DNA from: an uncultured cyanobacterium
Lineage (GTDB): Bacteria; Cyanobacteriota; Cyanobacteriia; Cyanobacteriales; Cyanobacteriaceae
Reading direction: 5' to 3'
DNA: 64,000 bases
Assembly (NCBI GenBank): GCA_963749915.1
Contig: CAVVOP010000021.1
Coordinates: 352,001-416,000 of the forward strand
Part shown: piece by piece, positions 11,227-21,156 of the stretch
Numbering within the stretch: the first letter of the stretch is position 1
Layout of the letters: every line of letters begins with the position of its first letter
Translations under genes and position numbers: made by a program
The notes under the pieces: model-generated
The model's input: only the letters and a program-made list of their open reading frames with translations
Database searches by the model: none
What the model was told of the DNA's origin: nothing

Positions 11227-11919
11227 ATGACGGTGTATTTTGTTGGTGCAGGTATTGGCGGTGTTGATTATCTGACCCTTAAAGCCGCTAGGATTATCTC
11301 TGGGGGTGAGGTTATTCTTTATGATGCTTTAGTAGATACTCAAATTTTAGATTTAACTTCTGTTCAATGTATTAAGATTTGTGTGGGTAAAAGGGGGGGG
11401 AAAATGAGTACATCCCAAGAAAGTATTAATGAGTTATTAGTTACATACGCTCAACAATATAAGAAAGTTATTCGTCTTAAAACTGGTGATTGTGGTATTT
11501 TCGGGCGAATTAATCCAGAATTAGATGCTTTACGGGCCATTAATGCTGATATTGAATTTATCCCCGGAGTTTCTTCTGCCCTTGCCGCCCCTTTATTGGC
11601 TAATATCATGTTAACGGAGAAAAATGATAGTCAGTGTGTAACGATTGTCACGGGACATGATCCTGATAGTTTAAATTGGTCAATGCTCAGTCAAGTTGAT
11701 ACTTTAGTTATTTTAATGGCTGGCAAAAACTTGTCTATTATTATCGAAAAGTTACAATTATATGGGCGATCGCCAGATTTTCCCGTTGCCATTATCAAAA
11801 ATGGTGGTAGTAGTCAACAACAGGTATGGAAAGGAAGATTAGATAATATAGTCGAAAAAACCCTTAATATTTCTTTATCCCCTTGTATCATCGTTATTGG
11901 TAAAGTCGTTAATAATTGA
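11227..11919 (+). CDS. uroporphyrinogen-III C-methyltransferase-like protein (divergent motifs)
   Basis: VYFVGAG, YDALV, RLKTGD and IPGVSSA motifs; directly upstream of hemD. Confidence 0.8.
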   Translation: MTVYFVGAGIGGVDYLTLKAARIISGGEVILYDALVDTQILDLTSVQCIKICVGKRGGKMSTSQESINELLVTYAQQYKKVIRLKTGDCGIFGRINPELDALRAINADIEFIPGVSSALAAPLLANIMLTEKNDSQCVTIVTGHDPDSLNWSMLSQVDTLVILMAGKNLSIIIEKLQLYGRSPDFPVAIIKNGGSSQQQVWKGRLDNIVEKTLNISLSPCIIVIGKVVNN

Positions 11920-11944
11920 CAATTAACAACTATCAATTGATAAA

Positions 11945-12754
11945 ATGATTAACCATAAAAAACCTTATCCCCTTGCTGGTGAAACTATTTTAGTGACTCG
12001 TGCGGCTTCTGCCAATAATCAATTTCGAAAAATGTTAGAAGCAAAAGGCGGAGTAGTTTTAGAGTTTCCTGCTTTAGTGATTCGACCTCCTTCTAGCTGG
12101 CAAAAATTAGATCAGGCCATCGCCAATTTAGCCAATTTTGACTGGTTAATCTTAACCTCAGCCAATGGAGTAGAGTATTTTTTGGGAAGATTAGATCATC
12201 TTGGCAAAGACAAAAATTATCTAAAAAATATTAAAACCGCTGTAGTTGGTACTAAAACCGCCCAATATTTGGAAAAATATCAATTATCTGCCGACTTTAT
12301 TCCCCCCAATTTTATAGCAGATTCTTTAGTGGAAAATTTCCCCGAAGCATTGGCACAACAAAAAATCTTATTTCCCAGAGTCGAAAGCGGTGGCAGAGAG
12401 ATTTTAGTACAACAATTAAGTCAAAAAGGTGCACAAATAACGGAAATACCAGCTTATCAGTCGGGATGTCCCGATTCTATGGACGCAACGGCATGGGACG
12501 CCATCAGAAATAAACTGATTAGCATCATCACCTTTGCCAGTTCTAAAACCGTTAAAAATTTCTATCATCTGGTAAATCAAGCTATCATCAGCTATCCTGA
12601 TCTTAACATCCATTCTCTCTTAAAAAATGTTGCGATCGCCTCTATCGGACCACAAACCTCCCTTACCTGTCAACAATTATTAAAAAGAGTAGATATTGAG
12701 GCCAAAGAATATACTCTTGAAGGATTAGTAAATGCCATCATTGACAATAATTGA
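11945..12754 (+). CDS. hemD: uroporphyrinogen-III synthase
   Basis: ILVTRA, DWLILTSANGV, FASSKTV and SIGPQT motifs. Confidence 0.92.
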   Translation: MINHKKPYPLAGETILVTRAASANNQFRKMLEAKGGVVLEFPALVIRPPSSWQKLDQAIANLANFDWLILTSANGVEYFLGRLDHLGKDKNYLKNIKTAVVGTKTAQYLEKYQLSADFIPPNFIADSLVENFPEALAQQKILFPRVESGGREILVQQLSQKGAQITEIPAYQSGCPDSMDATAWDAIRNKLISIITFASSKTVKNFYHLVNQAIISYPDLNIHSLLKNVAIASIGPQTSLTCQQLLKRVDIEAKEYTLEGLVNAIIDNN

Positions 12755-12860
12755 CACTCCCGCCGTCAAGCTTACGCCGTGACGGGGGATTCTTGTATCA
12801 CAGACACTTAACTAGCTGAGTCAAATACTTTGACTAAACCCCGTCAGTACGTCTCCACCC
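12751..12860 (-). mobile_element. orphan IS200/IS605 right end (TnpB omegaRNA-like scaffold) without tnpB
   Basis: Reverse complement ends AGAATCCCCCGTCA...TGACGGCGGGAGTGTCAA, the same architecture as the tnpB right end at 34280-34328. Confidence 0.75.
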
Positions 12861-12948
12861 TTCTCTGACGCAAGGCTTCAAATAATTCCTCTTGATCCTC
12901 CTCCGATAAAACGGCGATCGCCTCTAAAATTTCTTGATAAGCTATCAT
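12844..12948 (-). pseudogene. truncated small antitoxin-like ORF (MIAYQEILEAIAVLSEEDQEELFEALRQRRVETY) fused to the IS605 end
   Basis: GAGG RBS before ATG; resembles the N-terminus of small cyanobacterial antitoxin-type proteins. Confidence 0.45.
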
Positions 12949-12984
12949 AAAACCTCATCTGGTGCACGACCGGATAAAGAGCGA

Positions 12985-13055
12985 AGCGGGTGGGGGGAAT
13001 CGAACCCCCATCATTAGCTTGGAAGGCTAAGGTTTTACCACTAAACTACACCCGC
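12985..13055 (-). tRNA. tRNA-Gly(TCC)
   Basis: Reverse complement GCGGGTGTAGTTTAGTGGTAAAACCTTAGCCTTCCAAGCTAATGATGGGGGTTCGATTCCCCCCACCCGC; anticodon TCC. Confidence 0.95.
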
Positions 13056-13196
13056 AGGGTTACTTAAAACACAACCATTATTGTAACGAGAATTGTAAAA
13101 TTTGGCAAGGCTAATTATCGGGCACCTGATAGTATATATATTATGGTTTAAAAAATAAAATGTTTAGAAAAGCAAATATTAAGGAGTGAGTGAGAT

Positions 13197-14498
13197 ATGA
13201 CGATTAATGTTAATCCTTTAAATCCAGTAGTTGTAAACGTCAATAGTAATGATACAACTCTTAATTTATTTCAAAATTTTGATGATCCCTTCACCACTGG
13301 TAGGGTAGCTAATTTCAATTTACGAGAAAATTCCATTGGCACTGGCGAAATTAATGTAGTACTTTTTGACCAAGCGGGAGAAGGTGCACCCATAACGGTA
13401 AATAATTTTCTTAATTATGTCAATGATGGAGATTATGTTAATACAATCATTCATCGATCAGTCCCTGATTTTGTTATTCAGGGGGGCGGTTTTACGGTCA
13501 ATAATTTGACGGTTAATAGTGTGCCGACGGATGCACCTATCCCCAATGAATTTAGTTCCAATCGCTCTAATACTAGGGGCACAATTGCTATGGCCAAATT
13601 AGGGGGCAATCCTAACAGTGCCACCAGTCAATGGTTTTTCAATTTAGCTGATAATTCTCGTAATCTTGATAATCAAAATGGCGGTTTTAGTGTTTTTGGT
13701 GAAGTTTTGCCTGGTGATGGTTTAACGACAATGGATGCGATCGCCAGTTTACCTGTTGTAAATGCTAGTAATATAAATCCTGCTTTTACTAATTTACCCG
13801 TAAATAATATTGACATTAATGAGGATGATGATTTTGTCAGATTTGAGAATATTACTCTTAACAATCTCCCTGAATTAACTTTTACTATTGAAAATAATAC
13901 TAATCCAAATCTCGTCACCGCGAATATTGACAATAACGGTAATCTTACACTTGATTATGGGCAAAATACCGATGGTGTAGCCGAAATTAGCATTAAGGCA
14001 ACTAATTTGCTCGGAGAATCTACAGTTGACACATTAAGAGTATCTGTTGTGGATAATCTTAATACTCCGTTTTTTCGGTTTCAAAATAGCGATCGCCCTG
14101 GTACATATTTATTTGCTGGGGAACCAGAAAGCCAAAGTATCCGACAGAATTTTCCCAATTTTGTGGAAGAAGGATTTGCTTTTTATGTCGGTGATGTACC
14201 AGATGATGATTTAATCGTTTTTAATCGTTTTCAAAATACGGCGGTACCAGGTACATATTTATATGCTGGAGAAGTGGAAAGCGGAAATATCCGCCAGAAT
14301 TTCCCTGATTTTGTGGAAGAAGGGGTTGCTTTTTATGCCTATGGTGCCGATGCCAATAGGGGAGTTGATTTTTACCGTTTTCAAAATAGCCAACAACCCG
14401 GCACTTATATTTTTGTAGGAGAACAGGAAAGACAAAATATTCTTGCTAATTTCCCTCAATTTGTGGAAGAAGGAGTTGCTTTTGAGGTGAGAGTTTAA
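13197..14498 (+). CDS. cyclophilin-type peptidyl-prolyl isomerase with an Ig/cadherin-like domain and three C-terminal ~50-aa repeats
   Basis: HRSVPDFVIQGGG, NTRGTIAMA and SATSQWFFN motifs; repeats FxRFQN..PGTY....E...I..NFP.FVEEG.AF. Confidence 0.88.
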   Translation: MTINVNPLNPVVVNVNSNDTTLNLFQNFDDPFTTGRVANFNLRENSIGTGEINVVLFDQAGEGAPITVNNFLNYVNDGDYVNTIIHRSVPDFVIQGGGFTVNNLTVNSVPTDAPIPNEFSSNRSNTRGTIAMAKLGGNPNSATSQWFFNLADNSRNLDNQNGGFSVFGEVLPGDGLTTMDAIASLPVVNASNINPAFTNLPVNNIDINEDDDFVRFENITLNNLPELTFTIENNTNPNLVTANIDNNGNLTLDYGQNTDGVAEISIKATNLLGESTVDTLRVSVVDNLNTPFFRFQNSDRPGTYLFAGEPESQSIRQNFPNFVEEGFAFYVGDVPDDDLIVFNRFQNTAVPGTYLYAGEVESGNIRQNFPDFVEEGVAFYAYGADANRGVDFYRFQNSQQPGTYIFVGEQERQNILANFPQFVEEGVAFEVRV

Positions 14499-14520
14499 TT
14501 TTTACTCTTTAAAATAAGAA

Positions 14521-15173
14521 TAGTCAAACCCCTTAAATTTGCGAGAGAAAATGGCGGCATAGTATCTGATTTAAGTAAAAAATCTGGTTATAACGGATTT
14601 TGTGGTCAACCAGTTTTTAGGGGTCTTCGACCATTCATTCATCGAACTGGCAATTAGCAAATTGTGCAGCCAGTTGTGATGGTATTGAAATCCATTGAGG
14701 TCTTTAAAGGGCGAAATCCGCTCAGAGTCTGATGAGCAAGTTCTTGAAGAATAGGGATGAAAATTCCACACCAGTGCCATCGAGGGTACATAGAGTCGAG
14801 CTGATTCTTTCGTGCCGTGAAAGTATTGCAAGGTCTTTGATCCTTGTGCCCACGATGGATGCTCGACCCAAAGACAAGTAAATTCGATACCAATACATGG
14901 GATTGCGCCCAAAAACGTGAAACCAAAAGCCCTGCTCCATTGAATCGGGAAACAATTCTGGATATTGACCCTGAATCTGAATCACATATTGCCGAAAAGC
15001 TTTAGGATTAAAGAGAATACCTCGATATTGTGTTTTACTTTCCACTGGCAAACAGATACTCTTATCTCCTCTTATAGACTCGGCCATTCTTTAGTTTAAC
15101 CCCCTGATTGACTGATAATCTTTCTACTTTACCCAATCACAGCGGTTTTCTCCTCACGGGGCGATCAGTGTCG
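14521..15173 (-). pseudogene. fragmented transposase remnant
   Basis: Overlapping broken ORFs (GDKSICLP...YPELFP...GFWFH; VFGRNPMYWYR; HRTTNSV-like end) that resemble a cyanobacterial IS transposase. Confidence 0.6.
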
Positions 15174-15194
15174 GCGATCGCCCTTGATTTCTAA

Positions 15195-16378
15195 CCCACA
15201 TTCCGCACGTCACTTTGTAAGATGATAAAAGTATTAAAACCAAGCAACTTATTTTGGACAAAATATAAGTAATAATACTCAATATCTTCTTTATTCGCGT
15301 TTTGTATTCGCGAACTTTGCTCAAATTAAAATCTCATTGTCAATAACTTCACCTTTAATGAGAATAAATAAACAGAGCAAATCTATCAGTTTTCTATTCT
15401 TTATTTATGATATTATAATTGAGAATGTTTAGACTCTTAAATCCCATAAGTTATCCAGATAAAATATAATAATTATGACAAGAAATCGGGAAAAAACTTA
15501 AAATTAGTTTTCGTTCATTTGTTAGATTTACTATCTGTTTTATTCCTTGATTTATTACTAAATGAATCCCCTGAAAACATTGAAATATCCATCTTAACGT
15601 TGGACGTTCCGTTAGTTTTCCTAGCTGATTTTTTATCCCCGTTTTTCTCTCCTCTAATAAGCGACGCACTTCTCTTTGCCCCAAAGAATATACTAACAGA
15701 CATAACCCCAAAAACACATTGCCATTGTTTCGATTCTTTTTGGGGTTTTTAAAAACACACTATCGGCAAAAAATAATGGCTCTTTCAGAAAACTAAAACC
15801 TCTTTCTGCGGCTTGTTGCTCTTTATACTTAATTAAAATTTCATCGGAACTAAATTTACTTTTATCCAATCTATTTGTAGCTAACACAAATCTTCCTGCT
15901 CTTTTTTTTGATTCGTTTATTTTCGTTAAATCTGATTCTATCACCGCCATAATTTTGTGAATTTTTCCTGATTTTTCTCCTTTCTTTTTCGATTTTTTCT
16001 GGTGATTATTTAATTCACTTTCCGATTAAATGTTCTGTGGCTTTGTCTTTAAAAAACTGTGGAAATAGATAAAGAGGTCGAGAAATAAATCCTAATCCGT
16101 TCAGAATAATTGCTTTGACTATTTGACCTGCTGTCACGATTTCCCTCTCGTCAATACCGAGGGCATCATTAATAATTTCTTCAATGCCAATTTCATCTAT
16201 AACTCCAGCAATTAATCCTAAATGATTAATGGAACGTTGCTCATTTTTCTACTAATTTATCTGAGTTCTCTTGATAAGCTAGAGAACTAATCACTGAGTA
16301 TTTCTTGTCGTAGTCAATCACTGTTCAACCTCTAACCTCGTAATCTGAATTTATACAGTTTGACGTGCGGAATGTGGG
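15195..16378 (-). mobile_element. IS1634-family element, copy 1 (large internal deletions)
   Basis: 18-bp TIRs CCCACATTCCGCACGTCA / TGACGTGCGGAATGTGGG; near-identical to 36877-38974. Confidence 0.92.
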
Positions 16379-16562
16379 ATATAACTATTATGTGGGTATT
16401 GACTCTTTGTCAGTTGCGATCGCAATCCTTTAACAGCCCTCTGCCTTCTTGAATTCCAACGTTCTTGGTTATTCTCCAAAAAGAAAGTTAGGGAACGGCG
16501 GCAGTTGACGGGTTATGAATAAGGCGAGACAATAACTATTAAAGCTCCCGAACGGTAATTAT

Positions 16563-17291
16563 ATGAAGATAAGTCAATTTACTCTAACCCGCCAGCGTTT
16601 TGGGCTGGCGTTGGTACTTGCTATTTTTCTCAGTTTAGTTTTCATTAATCCAGTCATGGCACAAGAACCAAGATTACGAATGCTGACAGTAACGGGAGAG
16701 GGAGTGGAAAGAATTCCCACTACCCTGACACAAGTACAGCTGGGAGTGGAAATTCAGGGCAACACAGCCGCAGAGGTACAGCAGTTAGTCGCCCAGCGCA
16801 CCTCAGCCGTGGTCGATTTTCTTGGCTCTGGTCAAGTCGAAAGACTACAGACTACGGGCATTCGCCTAGAACCGAACTATCAATACAAGGATAATCAAAG
16901 GAGTTTAGTAGGTTACATTGGCACGAATACGGTCAGCTTTCGCCTCAAGACTGAACAAGTGGGGGCGTTGTTAGATGAAGCGGTGAAAGCAGGAGCTACC
17001 CGCATCGATGGGGTGAGTTTTACGGCTACCGAAGCAGCGATTTCTACTGCCCAGAAAGAAGCTCTCCGTCAAGCAACTACCGATGCCCAGCAACAGGCGG
17101 ATGCGGTTTTGGAGGCTTTAAATTTGAAAGCTCAAGAGGTGGTCGGCATTCAAGTGGGTGGAGCTAATCTTCCTCCACCAAGGATTATTCAAGCAGAGGG
17201 ATTAGTCAGAGCCCCTACTTCGGAAAGTACACCTGTAGTTGGGGGTGAGCAGATCGTGCGAGCTTCTGTCACTCTGCAAATTAGTTATTAG
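16563..17291 (+). CDS. SIMPL/DUF541 domain periplasmic protein
   Basis: Signal peptide; LTVTGEG, AVKAGATRIDGVSF and VRASVTL motifs. Confidence 0.85.
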   Translation: MKISQFTLTRQRFGLALVLAIFLSLVFINPVMAQEPRLRMLTVTGEGVERIPTTLTQVQLGVEIQGNTAAEVQQLVAQRTSAVVDFLGSGQVERLQTTGIRLEPNYQYKDNQRSLVGYIGTNTVSFRLKTEQVGALLDEAVKAGATRIDGVSFTATEAAISTAQKEALRQATTDAQQQADAVLEALNLKAQEVVGIQVGGANLPPPRIIQAEGLVRAPTSESTPVVGGEQIVRASVTLQISY

Positions 17292-17340
17292 GTGTAACCT
17301 GAGTTCGGAGTTTGAAGTTTGAAGTTTGAAGTTGGAAAAG

Positions 17341-17413
17341 TCACCGAAGGTGAGCCTACGGCGATCACGAAGTGGCGCTGCGCGATCTGCGAAGCAGGCG
17401 CTTTCAGCGATCG
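17341..17413. repeat. tandem HIP1-associated short dispersed repeats with GAA minihairpins
   Basis: Three 21-26 nt units, each ending GCGATC; preceded by (GAAGTTT)n heptamers at about 17306-17335. Confidence 0.7.
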
Positions 17414-17801
17414 CCCGCAAAAAGTGTAGGAATTTTTTCTCGCGGATCAGGGGCAAAGTCAACACCCTAGCCCGTGTCCCTACCTCTATAGTATTTTTTG
17501 AAGGGAAATAATTTGGACATCATTGTCAGAAAGAAAAAAAGAAGTAACAGGAAGATTTGATTTTTCACATCGTAAAGGTTCAATTGTTTTTAAATAAGGA
17601 TTCCATACAGCAATAATATTTCTCTTATTTTTTTTTCTCACCAATTGACATTCTATATGTACAGTTTCTATCCAAACAATTAAACTCGATGTTCAAGTTT
17701 TTGACAACAAGCAGAATGCTAAGCTTGTCAGAAAAAGCGCACCGCGAAGCGGATCTCTTCGAGATCCCATTGCTTAGATGCTTAGATACTTAGATATTAC
17801 C

Positions 17802-18168
17802 GAGGCTGTTTCATTATATAATCGAAGGGCTGATTTATAAGTATTGCAGCTGATAAATACAGGAGGAAACAGCCATTATTCTAAACACCCCATTGCCCTT
17901 TGTAGAAGAATTTATCGAGAATCTGAATAGAGGATTGAAGGAATACAAATCGGAGTATGGCTTGACCCGTCTGCAACGTTATTGGTTGGGTTTCTGTTTG
18001 ATGGGGATTATATTGACCAACAGTGTGTGTTGGGCTTCCTTTGAGAGAGTAAGCTTAGGCGGTTACAAAATTGGAGCCTTGTCTTGGATGTTCCGTAGGG
18101 CAAAATTACCCTGGGAATTCATGTTGCAAATAGCGGTAGGGTTAGTATTGAAACAGTACGGCATTACT
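17802..18168 (+). pseudogene. 5' fragment of a DDE transposase
   Basis: PFVEEFIENLN...WLGFCLMGIILTNSVCWASFER; truncated by the next element. Confidence 0.6.
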
Positions 18169-18915
18169 GATACTGTTGGCGAACTTAACAAAAGAGAAAA
18201 AAGGGGAAATTTATTCGCGAACCTAATTTCAGTAGATCAAAGAGCCACGAAAGAATAAGGTTTTCAGCATAGGAGAGCCAGTGATTAAATATTCTGTGGC
18301 CATCGCCAATTTTAAAAAGGAGAGACAAAACAACCATTACAAGGCAATTTTCTCTGAGAACAAATTTGTGGAAACTGTTTTCGAGAATAAGCTGTGACAA
18401 CAGGAGGTCAATCATGTCTTTAAGATTTCAACCCCTCAAACCTATTCCCCCTCAGACAATAGAAGTAGCGAAAGCGGCTCTGGGAAAAAACAATGTCATC
18501 ATCAAGCTCAGGGATGAATTGGGAACTTTCTATCAAGATTCTGATTTTGCACAAGTTTATTCCCCTGAAGGTCAACCAGGAATTTGCCCTTGGCGTCTAG
18601 CAATGGTCTGTGTGCTGCAATATTTGGATAACTTGTCTGAAGACTTGGGTACATCAATATTATCTCGAAGGGGGAAAACTTCCTTGGCGAGAAGCGGAAA
18701 ATTTACCGCCGGCAGGGACTCGTTTTAATTCTCCCTACGACCCCGAAGCTCGCTATGGCAATAAACGTAGTACCAGCTGGGTGGGCTATAAAGTTCATTT
18801 GACGGAAACTTGTGCTCAGCAAGAAGTTTATCTGATTACCAATGTAGAGACAACTCCGGCTCATGTTGGCGATGGTTCTCAAACGGAAACAATTCATCAA
18901 TCTTTGAGTGAGACT
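18169..18915 (+). pseudogene. IS1182-family transposase remnant with internal deletions
   Basis: MSL..P..PIPPQT...LRDELG...GQPGICPWRLA and SPYDPEARYGNKRSTSWVGYKVHLTETC. Confidence 0.8.
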
Positions 18916-19197
18916 GGATAATCTGTTTTTTCTTGTGTCGTTAACTGCTTAATTCTCTCTTTGATTTCTCTCAAGGATAAATTAGAGTTTATTGCTTCTT
19001 CTAACAATTCCTGTTGTCTTGTTTTATCTTTAACCGATGAGATCGCTCTTGCTTTGGTATAGGCTATTTTCTCTTCTTGTAAAGCTGTTCTAATCATGTC
19101 TGGTAAATTCAGTAATGGAAGACGATTTTTGACAAATGATTCCCATCTCATGATGTTTAACCCCTGAAAAATCTCTTCTACCACTTGATTCTCATTA
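18915..19197 (-). pseudogene. C-terminal fragment of a plasmid-type ParB protein
   Basis: WESFVKNRLPLLNLP...IAYTKARAI...LSLREIKERI. Confidence 0.7.
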
Positions 19198-19199
19198 TT

Positions 19200-20396
19200 A
19201 GACATCTCCAAAATATAATAATATCAGAAAATTAGTATAATAACTTTAACTTCTGAGGTAAAAAATATCAAAAACAATGAATAATTATACTTGGAACTAT
19301 ATTCAGAGCCATCCTCAAGAAACTAAAAGACTATTAGGTATTAATTATGATCAGTTGCAAGATTTAGGGAAATATCTCAAACTCCTCGAGGAAAGAGAAA
19401 AACAAGAAGCAGAAAAAAACAAGATAAGAATCAATAAATTAGGCGGTGGAAGAGAAGAGAAAATTAGCCAAGAAGAACAAATAATTCTCACTTTAATTTA
19501 TCTGAGACATCATCTTAATTTTCAGTTGTTAGCATTAATGTTTAAAGTAAGTGAAAGTACTGCTAATAATGTGTTTCATAAATGGCAAAAATTATTAGAA
19601 TCAGCATTCCCATCTTCTTTGCTAGAACAAGTAAAAAAGTGCCCAGAAAATTAAGAGCAAATCAAAGAAATATCGACAGATTATGAATTAATTGTCGATA
19701 GTGAAGAACAAGAAATAGAGAGAAGTATCGATTATCAAGAGCAAAAAAAGCACTACTCTGGGAAGAAGAAAATGCACACATTTAAAAATCAGATAATTTG
19801 TCTGCCAAAAGGGGAAGATATAGTAGATGTAGTAGGAGGAGAACTAGGACCAAAAGCTGACATAACTATTTGGAGGGAAAATGCAGATAAGTTTGATAAA
19901 AACCAAAAGTTTAGCGCCGATAAAGCTTATGTGGGAGAACCGCAAATAAGAACTCCGAAAAAGAAACCCAAAAATGGCGAATTAACTCAAGAAGAAAAAG
20001 AGAAAAATAAAGAAATATCATCTCTCAGAATATTTGTAGAGCATCTAATTAGAATAATCAAAATATTTAAGGTTATGGGAGAAAGATTTAGACTAAAAAA
20101 AGAGGAATATGAGTCAGTTTTTTTGAGCGTTTGTGGTTTGGTAAGATTAAGAATGGGAACTTTAATAATTGAACATCGGAAAACGAGTGAAACGGGAGAA
20201 ATAATTGATGTTCTGTTAACCCATATTTTTTCATCAAAATTGGATTTTTCTTGATTTTTGACGAAATAACAGGATTAAGAGCCGGCGATCGCGCAGCGCC
20301 GTTTCACGATCACGAAGTGGCGCTGCGCGATCGCCCCAGGAGTAAAAAGGTTTCAAATGCTTATAATGAAAGAATCATAAATTTTTGGAGATGTCT
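19200..20396 (+). mobile_element. IS5-family (ISL2-like) element; transposase 19277-20254 broken by an in-frame TAA at 19652
   Basis: TIRs AGACATCTCCAAAA / TTTTGGAGATGTCT flanked by TTA/TAA; HTH (RLLGIN) and DDE residues (IVDSEEQ, ADKAY, RIFVEH); both ORFs lie in the same frame. Confidence 0.88.
20284..20335. repeat. two inverted 21-nt HIP1-associated repeats forming a palindrome
   Basis: GCGATCGCGCAGCGCC...GGCGCTGCGCGATCGC; the unit ACGAAGTGGCGCTGCGCGATC is identical to 17367-17387. Confidence 0.8.
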
Positions 20397-21119
20397 AATC
20401 AAGGTGTAATTAATGTCATTAATGAAGGCACAGGCAATGCAGGCAATATTAATATTAATGCAGAAAAGATTTATCTCGATGGTGGAAATATTTCTGCCAC
20501 AACCTTATTAGGAAAAGGAGGAAATATTAATCTACAGACACAAGATCTTAGCCTAATCAATAACAGCAACATTTCTGCCACCGCTGGTGGTCAGGGAAAT
20601 GGAGGCAATATTAAAATCAACAGTGATTCTTTACTACTGAAAGAGCAAAGTCAAATTACGGCTGATGCTTTTGCCGGAGATGGTGGAAATATTTTAATTA
20701 ATACCGAAGTTTTTCTTGTTTCTAATGATAGTGTGATTACGGCTAGCTCAGAATTAGGAATTGATGGAGTTGTGGAAATTAATACTCCAGAAACTAATCT
20801 GAAGTCAGTAATCGTGCCCATTAAAGCCCAAATTCTCGAATTGGACCCCAATATAGCCCAAAGATGTCTCAATAAAAAAGCCGAAAAAGGACTTTTTCTC
20901 ATGAAAGGCAAAGATGCCATCCCTACTTCAACAGAAGATAGTTCAGAACTATTTGAAGAAGAGTCAACGCCACAATTTATCGATATAACAGAAAATATGT
21001 CTGAGGCTCAAAAGCAATTTTATCATCAACACCTACCACCTAATGTCATGATCAGAACAGAAACTGGAGATTTATTAGCGATCAATTTATGCTTAAAGGA
21101 TTTTTGGGCGGGAAAATAA
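20397..21119 (+). pseudogene. C-terminal remnant of a filamentous haemagglutinin-like / S-layer family protein
   Basis: GxGGNIxI repeats and ITASSELGIDGVVEINTP; 5' end removed at the IS5 end. Confidence 0.8.
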
Positions 21120-21156
21120 CAAAACTAAGTCTCACTTTCAGAGGAGCAATTTCAAT

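Noticed and set aside
19630..19660. Programmed -1 frameshift at AAAAAAG in the IS5 transposase
   Set aside because: Both ORFs are in the same frame and the intervening sequence reads through as transposase; the break is a single in-frame TAA.
18897..21119. Two ORFs that both start MEMSN
   Set aside because: The starts come from the outward-reading IS5 TIR (TTGGAGATGTCTAAT) fused to unrelated gene fragments.
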